DNA of 64,000 bases, taken from NCBI RefSeq assembly GCF_009914755.1, contig NC_060930.1; one strand, written 5' to 3'. Of the stretch, positions 1 through 64,000 are shown in pieces. Every line of letters begins with the position of its first letter. Position 1 is the first letter of the stretch. Source of the stretch: the human T2T-CHM13v2.0 reference genome, Homo sapiens. The notes under the pieces are model-generated. The model made no database searches and had not been told where the DNA came from. It worked only from the letters and a program-made list of their open reading frames with translations. The translations under genes and the position numbers were made by a program.

Positions 1-347
1 AGCCACTGCACCTGGCCCATTAGTCATTTTAATTATCTTAACAGAAACAAATCTCAATGCAGATGACCACAGTTCTTGGCTTAGCTACATTGCATTATAC
101 TGTTATGTAACAGGATTTTTGGAAAAGAAGACCTAATTTGAACATTTACTTTTCCACTTGCTTGTTGTGAGGTCTTTGAACCTCCGACTTCTTCAGGTGT
201 AATGATGAACTAATGCCTCCCTTGAAGGATTGTTGAAAGTCAAAGTCATGAAGCAAGCAAAGCACCTGCAGAGTAAAGAAATATTAGTTGCCCCTCCCAC
301 CTCTTAGTTTACATTTCCACTGAATTGGCATTCCCATTCCTTTCTGA

Positions 348-782
348 TATAGAAATATCCTTATCCAAAATGCTTAGAACCAAAAGTGTTTCAGATTTCA
401 GATTTTTTTGGAATTTTGAACATTTGCATTATACTTACTGGTTGAGCATCCTCAATCCAAAATCCAAAATGCTCTTGGGAGCATTTCCTTTGCATATATG
501 GAAATATATATATAATACTTGTATATATTTTATATAAATATTTATAAATGTATATATATATAGAGAGAGAGAGAGAGAGACACGGGGATCTTGCTATGTT
601 GGCTAGGTTGGTCTTGAACTCTTGGCCTCAAGTTGTCCTCCTGCCTTGGCCTCCCAAAGTGCTAGGATTACAGGTGTGAACCACTGTGCCTGGCCAAGCA
701 TTTTCTTTAAGTATCATGTTGGCACTCAAAAAGTTTTGGATTTTGGAGCATTTTGGATTTTGGATTAGGGATGCTTGACCTG
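348..782. mobile_element. Tigger4a/MER46A-type DNA transposon interrupted by an Alu monomer (~500-695, - strand) with a (TA)n(GA)n tail
   Basis: Decayed GGATTTTGGA motifs; terminal ..GGGATGCTTGACCTG|TA; AGCATTT(C/T)CTTT duplicated around the insert. Confidence 0.7.
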
Positions 783-1264
783 TAATAAAAATTCTGTAGT
801 TTAACAGATTTCTTTCCCCTTTGGCTGCCAGGAAGTTCCAAACTTTTTTGAACTTTATTATGTATACCTGCATAGAAAACGGTGTTGTAATGTTTTTCTT
901 TTTCTTTTGCCATTGTTTTGTTATGGGTTTCTCTGCAGGAACAGATGCAATATAAAATTAAAAACCAAATTTGCAGTTGTACTGCAGATACTTCCTGGTA
1001 GAAAAGGATTTAATACAGAACTATAGAGAGCAATGAACTGAAAGTATCCCTTCTCTGTTCTTCAATTCTTATTCTACCTAGAGGTAGTCATTGTCAACTG
1101 AGTTGACATTTTTAATCCAAATTCTATGTATTAATGTAAATGTACACTAGATAATCATAATTGTTTATCAACTCAGATTGTTAATTGTTCTACATTGCAT
1201 TTTTCACTTAAGACACAGGTTTCCCAAACTTTCTTGGTTTACAGTATCCTTAGTGTGCCAGTAA

Positions 1265-1625
<361 letters not shown>

Positions 1626-1790
1626 AATTTTGTTCTTAAATTACTAATTTAAGAAATACTAATGGGATGTGAGTGCCTATAGAGCACTACACAATACCTC
1701 ATATCTTGGCATCAGACTGGAAATTGGCATCCTCATTTCTTGTTCAGTGTTAGTTTTGTACAGTATTTGCTTTTTATCATAGTAACCACC

Positions 1791-2233
1791 TGTGTTAAGC
1801 CATTTTGTGTTGCTTATAAAGTAATACCTGGGCTGGTTACTTTATAAAGAAAAGAGGTTATTTATTTAGCTCATGGTTCTGCAAGAACCGTGTAGGCTGT
1901 ACAAGAAGCATGGTGCTGCCATCAGCTGGGCTTCTGGTGAGGTCCTCAGGCTGCTTCCACTCAGCAGCTTCGCAAGGCAAAGCATGTGCAGAGATCACAT
2001 ATCAAGAAAAGAAGCAAGAGGAACAGCAGGGGGGTGTCAGGCTCTTTTTAACAACCAGGTCTCCAGGGAATGAATAATGAGAACTCATTCCCTTCCCCTC
2101 CAGAGAGGGCATTAATCTGTTCATGAAGGATCTGTCCTCATGGCCCAAACACTTCCTATTAGGCCACACCTCCAACATAGGGGATTAAATTTTAACATGA
2201 GGTTTGGAGGGGAAAAACTTTCCAAATCTAGCA
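1791..2233. mobile_element. MaLR solo LTR (MST family)
   Basis: TG...CA termini; perfect 5-bp TSD CCACC (1786-1790 and 2234-2238); MST-like internal motifs. Confidence 0.85.
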
Positions 2234-2469
2234 CCACCAAAACCCAGCTTTGGAAAGATTGACTTCATTGAATGTTTTGCAATCTAATGTTAAAAGCATG
2301 AAGTAACCTCAAGGTAATATTACACATGAAGTCTCTTGAAAATTTATATTATTCTGTGGTGCCTCTGTGAGTTTGCTCACCAACCCAGGGACCTCAGTGC
2401 AGTTTGGGAACCATAGACCTAAGATCTTTTCTTATCACTACATATATTCTTTTTTGTCCCCTTAGTTAT

Positions 2470-2814
2470 TTTAATTCTATTTTATTTTTTATTACTTATT
2501 TTTGAGACAAGGTCTCACCTTGACACCCAGGCTGGAATGCAGTGGCTCAGTCATGGCTCACTGCAGCCTCAATCTCCCAAGACTCAAGTGATCCTCTCAC
2601 CTCAATCTCCCAAGACTCAAGTGATCCTCTCACCTCAGCCTCCTGAGTAGCTAGGACTAAGGTGTGTGTCACCATGCCCAGCTAATTTTTTTAATTTATT
2701 TTTTGTAGAGGCCAGGTTGGCCCAGGCTGGTCTCAAACTCCTGGGGTCAAGCAGTCCTTCCACCTTGGCTTCCCAAAGTTCTGGGATTACAGGCATCAGC
2801 CACCATGCCCAGCC
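2470..2814 (-). mobile_element. AluJ with internal 33-bp tandem duplication
   Basis: J-type Alu; see findings. Confidence 0.85.
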
Positions 2815-2889
2815 CTTAATATTATTTTTAACTGACATGTCATAATTATGTATAGCTTACCTATTCTTTTTATGGCTGCATAGTTCTAA

Positions 2890-3731
2890 AGGAGATAGGA
2901 AAAACCAAAGCATAGGAAAAATACTTTGGTTTTTCCTACTCTGACACTCTGGAGTACTTCACGTTTGGGCACCAATACGTGTGTGGGGATTTTTCACCAC
3001 CAATAACTAATTCTCCAGTGGACACCAGCTGGGTGTCCTCTAATTCAGTTCAGTTCTGACACTTTCCACCTGGACACAGCGTCAGATCCCACAGGCTAAG
3101 GGCTTAGTTCCACAAGACTGCCCCCCTTCAGATGCCAGTTGTAAGCCCCAGGTTGTGATGTGTGATTCTGACCAGCTGGGTATAAAGAGGTTGCCATGAC
3201 TTCCTCTTTGGGTTTGATTAATTTGCTTGGGACGTCTTTGGGGCGGCTCACAGATCTCAGGGAAACACCTCCACTTACTGGTTTATTACAAAGGAAACAT
3301 GAAGAGGCAGATGGAAGAAGTGCATAGGGCAAGACATGGGGAGGGGGAGAGGGGTTCAGAGCTTCCCTGCCCTCCCTAGGTGCACCTCTATCCAGGTCCC
3401 ATACCTCTGTGTGTTCAGCTATCCAGAAGCTCTCCAAAGCTAGTCCTTTTGGGTTCTTTTGCAGGTTTCATCACACAGGCATGATTGATTACATCATTGG
3501 TCACTGGTGATCAACTCAACCTTCAGTACCCCGTTCCCTTCCCCAAGGTTGGGGGATGGGACTGATCTCATGGTTGATACCCCTGGCAACCAGCTCCCCT
3601 GTTGAGGCTATCCAGGATCCCCCAGCCATCAGTCATCATTAGCATCCAAAAGATACTTACCACTTTGGAGATTTAAGGATTTTAGGAGCTGTTCCAGGAA
3701 GCCAGAGGAACTTACAAGTCATAATATCACA
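2890..3731. mobile_element. ERV LTR, MER21 family
   Basis: Motifs GGACACCAGCTGGGTGTCCTCTAATTC, GTCAGATCCCACAGG and CACAAGACTGCCCCC; terminal ATATCACA. Confidence 0.75.
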
Positions 3732-4350
3732 GGTGTTCCACAGTATAGATATACCTTAATATAACCATTCCTCTAACATTTAGGTAATTTCCAATTTCAT
3801 GTTAATCCCAATAATGTTCTAGTATACATCCTTGCACATATATTTCTTTGCACATGTGTATTTATGTAGAATAGATTCCTAAAAGTAAAATTACTGTGTC
3901 ACAAGTAATTGTATTAACTCCTTACAACCTGATGATAATCTTTTTTGGTTTTGCTACTAAAAATATAATTCATCTGAATTTGCATTTTCATCTTACTAGC
4001 ATCTTTGCTAGTTTAGGTCTGGGTGGGTTCAACATCTTTGTGATAATTGGCTATATATGATTCTCTCATGACTTGCTTACGTAGAGCCTTTGGCCATTTT
4101 TCAATTGTGTTGGCATTTTGTAACTATTAGTATATAAGAGCTCTTTTGTCTGTTATACATATGTAATGCACATTGCAGATTTTTTTACTAATCCCAGCCT
4201 ATCGTTTGTCTTTTGCTTATTTATGGTATCTCATCATACAAAAGCTTTAAATTCAAGGCCTAAGTAATTCATGTTATTCCTTTACAGCATGTAGGGTTTT
4301 TATTTTGCCTACTAAGTAGGCCAGACTTTCCTATCTTAAAATTATGGGGC

Positions 4351-5837
<1,487 letters not shown>

Positions 5838-6461
5838 TACTATCATGTTTTAATAAAACCTTTGAGAGCTACTTAAGACAACTTTGTCTTCTCCCCATTG
5901 TTCTTTTAAAAAAAATCTTATGGCTGTTCTTGCAGTTACTCCCCTGTGAACTTTAGAATCTGTTTGGTTCTATAAACAACTAACCCCCGTTGATGTTCTT
6001 ATTAGAATAACACTGAATTTACAATGCAGGGTCCTAGATTCAATCCAAAGACGTACTCTCTGGTCAGGGATTTTAAGTAACAAAAAGAGCAACACTATCT
6101 AAAGACCTAAGGTTGTGTTGTGGTGGTGAGTATTATTTAGAGAGAGGCTTAGGCTTAGGCTTTTTGCTCAGCCTGGGTGTATCTAGGAACCTAACTCTGC
6201 CTTGGAGATCTATACTTACCCTATTCTTCCCTAAAATAGGAAATAATGAACTTCCTCGATGCCTTTCTATTCTCTCAGCCAGTTTGGTTAAAGTGACTTT
6301 GGGCTCAGTTTGTACAACCACTATGAATTTTTAAATAGAATGTAGCAAAAGCACCTAACCTTAGGTGTATATTATAACCTTGAAGTAGCCTTTTCTCACT
6401 ATCAAACTACAGGCAGAGGAAACATTTAATTTTGATAGTAATTAATCACTTTCTATTTCAG

Positions 6462-6573
6462 AGGAATTCTTCAGTTGGATAAAGTGGACGTCATACCTGT
6501 GACAGCTATCAACTTATATCCAGATGGTCCAGAGAAAAGAGCTGAAAACCTTGAAGATAAAACATGTATTTAA
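6462..6573 (+). CDS. GINM1: GINM1 terminal coding exon (phase 2 start; ...[36 protein letters not shown])
   Basis: Acceptor ttctatttcag| at 6461, then 1 nt + 36 codons + TAA at 6571-6573. The peptide matches my recall of the GINM1 C-terminus, and GINM1 is the known convergent neighbour of KATNA1. Upstream exons are not seen in the window. Confidence 0.88.
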
Positions 6574-6747
6574 AACGCCATCTCATATCATGGACTCCGA
6601 AGTAGCCTGTTGCCTCCAAATTTGCCACTTGAATATAATTTTCTTTAAATCGTTAAGAATCAGTTTATACACTAGAGAAATTGCTAAACTCTAAGACTGC
6701 CTGAAAATTGACCTTTACAGTGCCAAGTTAAAGTTTACCTTATTCTC

Positions 6748-7065
<318 letters not shown>

Positions 7066-7449
7066 CTATTCATATGATGAATTGTTAAGGAAAACTTAAA
7101 GTGGAAGAGAACACATGTGAAGAGACTTTGAAATTATCAAAAGAAAAAAAAAAGACCAGACAAAATCTCATGTGCCAATAACTTTTCAAGGTGCCTTTGT
7201 TAAGGAAATTATATCCACTTAATTACTATAATATATAAGACTTTATGAAAAGCACTTTATAAAATTCTAATTTAAAAGGTCAAGAACTTAACACTTATTT
7301 TTTTATTCAGTACAGTGTGCCTTTATATTAAGTATGTGACTCAGTATAAAATCACTGAAGTGTATCATGATTTGATTGTATCCTGTACCAAGACTACTTA
7401 CCTTGAATGCTCCAAGATTTAAAAGTAGTATGACATGTTCTCACTCTAA

Positions 7450-7455
7450 AATAAA
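7450..7455 (+). terminator. Likely GINM1 polyadenylation signal AATAAA
   Basis: Canonical hexamer with a U-rich downstream region, about 880 nt after the stop. Confidence 0.6.
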
Positions 7456-7732
7456 CTTTTTTTTTTTTTTTTTTGAGGAAAAAAGTATAGCTGTTTTGGT
7501 TACACTGATATAAAACCTTTGCCCAGGTAAGAATGGCTGAGATGCAGGAGTAGGTATACTTTCATTTACACTGGCTGAAACCATGGCTCAAATTGAATGA
7601 GTCCATTGATGTCATGAATTAGACTGTGCCCTTGGTCTTGTGGTTCTAGATATAGTGCTGTTTACCCTAAAAGTGTTTTATTACCTTTTTTAACCATCAC
7701 TCATATTGACATATTAATATTTTACAATGTGA

Positions 7733-8769
<1,037 letters not shown>

Positions 8770-9772
8770 ATGGTTGGTTTTTTTGAGACCACTTTATATT
8801 TAGGCCAAATAGGTATGTGTGTGATGGGGGTGGAGAGGATGACAAGTAGAATGAAGGAGTGATGTTTCACTTTGCCAGACTTTAAATTAATTACATTGCA
8901 TGGAGCTCTATTATGCAATACTCTCTCCATACTGCTGAAAAAATAATCTGCAACTTACAATTTGATCCTTGAGTTACCAACCAGTAACACTTGTTCTTTA
9001 CACCCTTTCTCATTCCCTAAGTCATTAGAAAGCACCAGTTCTAACTCCAAATGATGACATGGTCTTATTTTATCTATTAACCATAAGCTTACAGATTCTA
9101 GTGAAGAAAAAACTTTAGGAGGCTACATGGTCTATTGGAGAGTGTAGGCTCTGCAGTCAGAAGATCCCTACCCAGGCTTCTGTCTTTCTCAGTAAGACTT
9201 GGGACCACAGCAAGGTCCGCAATCTCCTGAGGCTCTGTTTTCTATGGTTGGGATAACATGGTAAGTTATTTTCTTCTAAGTAGTCACACATGGAAATCTT
9301 ATCTAAAATTTTATACCATTAACTTTTATTTCACTTATTAACTCATACCATTAATACTTTACTTTAGCTATGTTTGGTATGCATGAGTTAATGAGTGATT
9401 AGAGTACTATGAGCAGCACAGGTTTAGAAATGCCTATTTGCCTATAGTGCAGCCTCTTACATAGGCAAAATAAAAGTCAAGTAAGAATTTTATTTTATTT
9501 TTTTAAAATGCAAAGTAAAATGTGTCTTTAAAACTCTCCCAGGAGGTGAAGGGAAGCTACCATAACACCAGGTGGGAAGGAAGACATACTGGGCTTGGCT
9601 CATGCTTTAATTAGCTACTGTGTAAAAATGTTCAGGGATTTTCAGTTATCTGCTGGCACCCAGAGGCAATGGGTAAGGTTAACTGGAGCTAGAGCCAATA
9701 TTTTTTTCTTCCTAGAAGGAGTAACAGCAGCAAACAGTAGGAGAGAAGATGCCAAGTTAGAAGTGCATATAG

Positions 9773-10335
<563 letters not shown>

Positions 10336-10627
10336 GTGCATATAAAGTCAGCTTTCCTAGGCCCTGAATCAAGAAACGTGATGGTTTGCCATTGTAGCTA
10401 TTGGTTTCAAACAAGAGCCAAGATTGATGTCTTTCTTATGGTCTGTTGGCTAATCCCAGTATGAATGGCCAGTTCAGCTAGAAGAAACAAACAGTCTTGA
10501 AAAAAATAGAAAAAGCAAAGAAAAAAAAGACAGCTTTCCAAGCTAAGTAACATTTGTGGTCAGTGAAATAATAATAGAAATCTAGTAATGCTAAAGTAAA
10601 ACAAATTTTCAGCTTAAAAATATTGCC

Positions 10628-10633
10628 TTTATT
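10628..10633 (-). terminator. KATNA1 polyadenylation signal AATAAA
   Basis: TTTATT on the + strand, about 135 nt downstream of the KATNA1 stop codon. Confidence 0.75.
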
Positions 10634-10768
10634 CAGAATCATAAGGGTTTTTTAAAAAAAATCTTACCATTATGAAAGTTAAAAAAAATATAGCACTCAG
10701 TACAATGAATTACTGCATTTAATATTCAAACACTTAAGGCACATTTCTCACAGTTTACATGTGAGAAT

Positions 10769-54332
<43,564 letters not shown>

Positions 54333-54407
54333 GTTCAACTGTAAGCTAAAAAGAAGAAGAAAAAAAGAAACACTTTAGGTTTACATGTCTCTTAAAAATA
54401 AGTATAG

Positions 54408-54935
<528 letters not shown>

Positions 54936-55277
54936 TAGCTGGGCGTGGTGGCACATGCCTATAGTCCCAGCTACTTGGGAGGCTGAGACACAAGAATTGC
55001 TTGAACCAGGGTAGCAGAGGTTGCAGTAGGCCAAGATCGTGCCACTGTACTCCAGCCTGGGAGATGGAGCAAGACTCTGTTTAACAAAACAAAACAAAAA
55101 ACAGGCCCGGTGCGGTGGCTCACACCTGTAATCCCAACACTTTGGGAGGCTGAGGTGGGTGGATCACGAGGTCAGGAGATCAAGACCATCCTGGCCAACA
55201 TGGTGAAACTCGGTCTCTACTAAAAATACAAAAATTAGCTGGGCATGGTGGCACGTGCCTGTAATCACAGCTACTCA

Positions 55278-55424
<147 letters not shown>

Positions 55425-55769
55425 TTAAAAAAATTCCCACATTCAAACCCTCCCTATTGTCAAAGCCCAGCTCAGATGGCAGTTTTCCTAGTATGTCTAC
55501 CCCCTGAACTCCTCAGTTCAAAATAAACTCTCCCTCCTCTAAAGTCCCCTTGCACTTTACTGTGACTTTCATCCCAAGACACTTGTCTACTTCAAATTAC
55601 AGTTTCTATATATGTCTTATCTCTAGTAGACTGTTATCTGACAGTAGGATTTGCATCTGAAAGGTGTGAGACTATATGATCCTTGCATGACACACATTTT
55701 ATTAAACATCTGCAGAATAAATAGTGAATATTAGATACATTTTTTGAAGCAGTGTGGATTAGCAGAAGG

Positions 55770-55975
55770 CGTATGTATTTTGAAGTTAGAAAAATCTTGG
55801 CTAGAATTATAATTGTGCCACCTTAATCAAGTCCCTTAACTTTTTTCTAAGCCTGTTTTAATATCTGTGGAACTGCCATAGCAACTACTTTCAGGAGTTA
55901 TGCTATAAACAATAAATGGCTATTTAAAGTACTAAGCATACTACTTGACAAATAGTAGGTCTTCAATAAATGTTA
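55770..55975 (+). mobile_element. MIR relic
   Basis: CAAGTCCCTTAAC..CTAAGCCTGTTT..AAAGTACTAAGCATA..ATAGTAGGTCTTCAATAAATGTTA. Confidence 0.6.
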
Positions 55976-56261
55976 AATGTGTCTGCCATGAAACTTTCTA
56001 TATATGAGAACCTAATCCAACCTTTGAACCTAGGAGTTCAAGACCAGCCTGGGCAACACGGCAAAACCCCATCTCTACAAAAAATACAAAAATTAGCAGA
56101 GCATGGTGGTGTGTGCCTGTAGTCCCAGCTACTCAGGAGGCTGAGGTGGGAGGATTACCTGAGCCTGGGGAGGTCAAAGCTGCAGTAAGCCGAGATAGTG
56201 TCACTGTACTCCAGCCTGGGCAACAGAGACAGAGTGAGACTGTGTCTCAAGAAAACATTAA

Positions 56262-56612
<351 letters not shown>

Positions 56613-56674
56613 TGAGCCACCATGCCTGGCCTCGGGTATTTTTGTTGTTGTTGTTTTTGTTTTTGTTTTTTTGA

Positions 56675-57165
<491 letters not shown>

Positions 57166-57648
57166 TAGCCAGGATGGTCTTAATCTCCTGACCTCAGGAT
57201 CTACCCGCCTCGGCCTCCCAGAGTGCTGGGATTACAGGTGTGAGCCACAGCGCCTGGCCTGCCTCGGGGTTTTTTTTTAACCAAACTTCTAAACAGAAAT
57301 AATTCCAACCACATAAAAGTTGATCCAGAAAACAAGAGAAAAGCTGAGCAACTCTTTTTTATGTGGCTGAAATCATCTCAACTGAATAAGAACACAAGAC
57401 CCATTTCACTTATGAACATGGAAATCCTAATATTAGTTTACCTACAATGCATCAAGACACACACCACATGATCAAGAAGGGTTTATCCCAGAAATGCATG
57501 GATGACTTAAGATCAGAAAATCTATCACTGTAATTCTTCACATTAATGGACAAAAGTACCTCACAAGAAAATGAGGACAGAGCATAAAGGACAATTCACA
57601 GAAGGGAAACCCAAACAGCTAACAAGCACAGACAGGAGTGACCAATAA

Positions 57649-57921
<273 letters not shown>

Positions 57922-58699
57922 TGATCCGCCCACCTGGGCCTCCCAAAGTGCTGGGATTACAGGCATGAGCCTATGCGCCTGGCCGAGAGACCTCTTTTAT
58001 TTACCAGACTCAAAAAAGCAATGATACTAAGTATTGGCAAGGATTTGGGAAAAAGGAAATCTTTACATCAATTTGCAGGAATAAACTGGCATAGTCATTT
58101 TGGAGTGCAATCTGGCAGTACTTGGGGAAATTATGTATGCATGTATATGTACATAGACACACACATACACACACATATATATGTATATATACACCCCATG
58201 ACCCAGCAATCCCACTCTTGTGTAAATCTTCCAGAGAAAGTCTCACACAGATCCACAAAGGAACTTGGTTTTGGACATTAATGACAGAAATCTTTGAGAA
58301 ATCAAGTAGAGTCAATCTATTTATTCCCTGCTAGGGGAAATATGGTGGATACAGACCACATGGTACCATGTAGCAGACAGAAGCAATGAATAAAATTTAC
58401 ATATAGCAACATGGATGGATCATCAAAATACAGGGTTGGCTAAAAAAAGGTCTCAGACATAGAACAAGATCTAAATCCCAATGTCATTTTATAAATTAAA
58501 AATACATATGCTATATAAAATACTCATTTTTAAAGGATGCATACATATCCAAGAAAGTACCTTAAATATATTAGAGAGTCTATGGAAGGTGAGGAGGAAA
58601 ATATGTGAGTGGAGAAATTGCTTATGACAAGTAGGAGAGAAACAAAAAATAAATATAACAAAAGAAGGGCCTTATATCCATGGATAATCATAGGGAGCC

Positions 58700-59220
58700 T
58701 CTAAGATGGCACTCAATGACCTTTGCCTCTTGGTATCTGTACCCTTATATAAATACTACCCCTTGAATGTGTGCCTGTAACAAATAACATAATACCATTT
58801 CCGAGATTAGACTATGACTTGCATCTTGCTTGCTGTCTCTTGCTGGCCCCACTCAAATGGAATACCAGCTCCACAGAGTGAGCTGCCTGGGCAGAGGCTC
58901 ATGTGGCAAAGAGCTGAGGCAGGATCCAGGCCAACAATCAGTGAGGAACTGAGACCCTCAGTCCACCAGCCCCTGAGGAACTGAATCCTGCCAACAACCA
59001 TGTGAGTGAGATCAGAAGTGAATCTTTCCTCACTAGAGCCTTGAGATGACTACAGGCCTGGCCAATACCTGATCACAGCTCTGAGAAACACCCTGAATCT
59101 AAGGCATCCAGCTAAGTCATGCCCAAATTCCTGACCCAGTGAAACAGTGAAAGAGATAAAAAATGTCTGTTGTTTTAAGTCACCAAGTTTTGGGATAATC
59201 TGTTATGAAGCAATATAGCT
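58700..59220. mobile_element. MaLR LTR (MLT1F-like)
   Basis: GAGGAACTGAGACCCTCAG..GGAACTGAATCCTGCCAACAACCATGTGAGTGAG..AAATTCCTGACCC..TGTTGTTTTAAG motifs. Confidence 0.8.
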
Positions 59221-59472
59221 ATGAACTAAGGTCTATGAGTAACTCAAGACTGGGCATCTGAGCTCCAAAAGAAAAGGAATAAAATCCTATCACCTAAATC
59301 TTGCCTCCCTGGATTCATGACCACTGATCATATTCTATCTTAATAAAAGCCTAAAGGCCAAGGACCATATCTCTCTGTTATTTACTGATACATCTCTAGC
59401 ACCTAGAACCATGTCCTCAAATGTAGATCTCAATCAACCTTTGAATGACTGAATACTGCCTAGTTGTTGTCC

Positions 59473-63369
<3,897 letters not shown>

Positions 63370-63779
63370 TTATACTGAGACATTTAAGCCCGTAAAAACA
63401 TTTCAAGAATCTGTCTTAACATCTACTAAGGTGATTATCATTGTGATTACGTGACAAAGATCTACTGCACCCATTCTAAAACATCGGGAATGTTTTCAGC
63501 AATAACTAGAGGTCTAATTTCAAAGAGGAAGACGTAAATTAGTGCTTTCAAGAGAAAAGAGCATCACTGTGCTGTTGGAAGTTAGTAACTAATATAAAAG
63601 CGGCCCTTCGCGGTTTTAACAGGAAACTATTTTTGATTAAATAAGAGCTTGAGATTATCCACTGTAAGGCACTTCAGGATCTACGTTTATCTCTAACTTT
63701 GTCATCACATTTGTATGAAACAACTGTTTCGAGGGAAAACTTTTCTAAAAGGTACCAACTCTAAACCAAAAGGCCCACA

Positions 63780-64000
63780 GGCCTTCCAGAGGACGCCGGG
63801 CTCTAGAATAAATAAGAAATAACATCCCCAACAATATCACTCGAACCTAACAAATTTTAAGAAAAGAAGTTGCCTCCCAATGTCATGGCCATCGGGATTT
63901 TTACCTGTGAGGGTTTCGGGGTGGGGGGCGTGAGCGGGTTCTGGAGAGAACCAGTCGAAAAATCGAAGAACTAAAAACTCGGCTGGTGACTTCGCTAACG
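63780..64000. promoter_or_regulatory. Edge of the CpG-rich KATNA1 5'/promoter region
   Basis: Sharp rise in non-repeat CpG dinucleotides in the last ~220 nt, about 9.5 kb upstream of the first coding exon. Confidence 0.55.

Overview
This is primate, almost certainly human, genomic DNA: very Alu-dense and AT-rich between repeats. It holds (1) the last coding exon and 3' UTR of GINM1 on the + strand, (2) a full-length processed RPS18 pseudogene, and (3) all ten coding exons of KATNA1 (katanin p60 catalytic subunit, MIT + AAA ATPase) on the - strand. Joined at GT-AG boundaries, the KATNA1 exons give 162+158+181+122+106+159+127+135+127+199 = 1476 nt, i.e. 491 aa plus stop. The non-coding first exon/promoter appears to lie at or just past the right edge, where CpG density rises. 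The rest is roughly 80-90 Alu elements (rough count by eye), a ~14 kb fragmented L1 mosaic, MaLR/ERV1 solo LTRs, Tigger and Charlie DNA transposons, MIR/L2 relics and a Y1 RNA retrocopy. Almost all entries in the supplied ORF track are Alu or L1 read-throughs. I found no convincing previously undescribed biological system. The best second-look items are a pristine AluYd8-type insertion, a cap-derived extra G on the RPS18 retrocopy, an Alu fused head-to-tail to a Y1 retrocopy, a micro-inversion inside an L1, and exon-skipping arithmetic predicting an NMD-escaping truncated katanin. Gene and repeat-family names come from recognition or recall, not database searches. Repeat boundaries are approximate unless a target-site duplication (TSD) is quoted.
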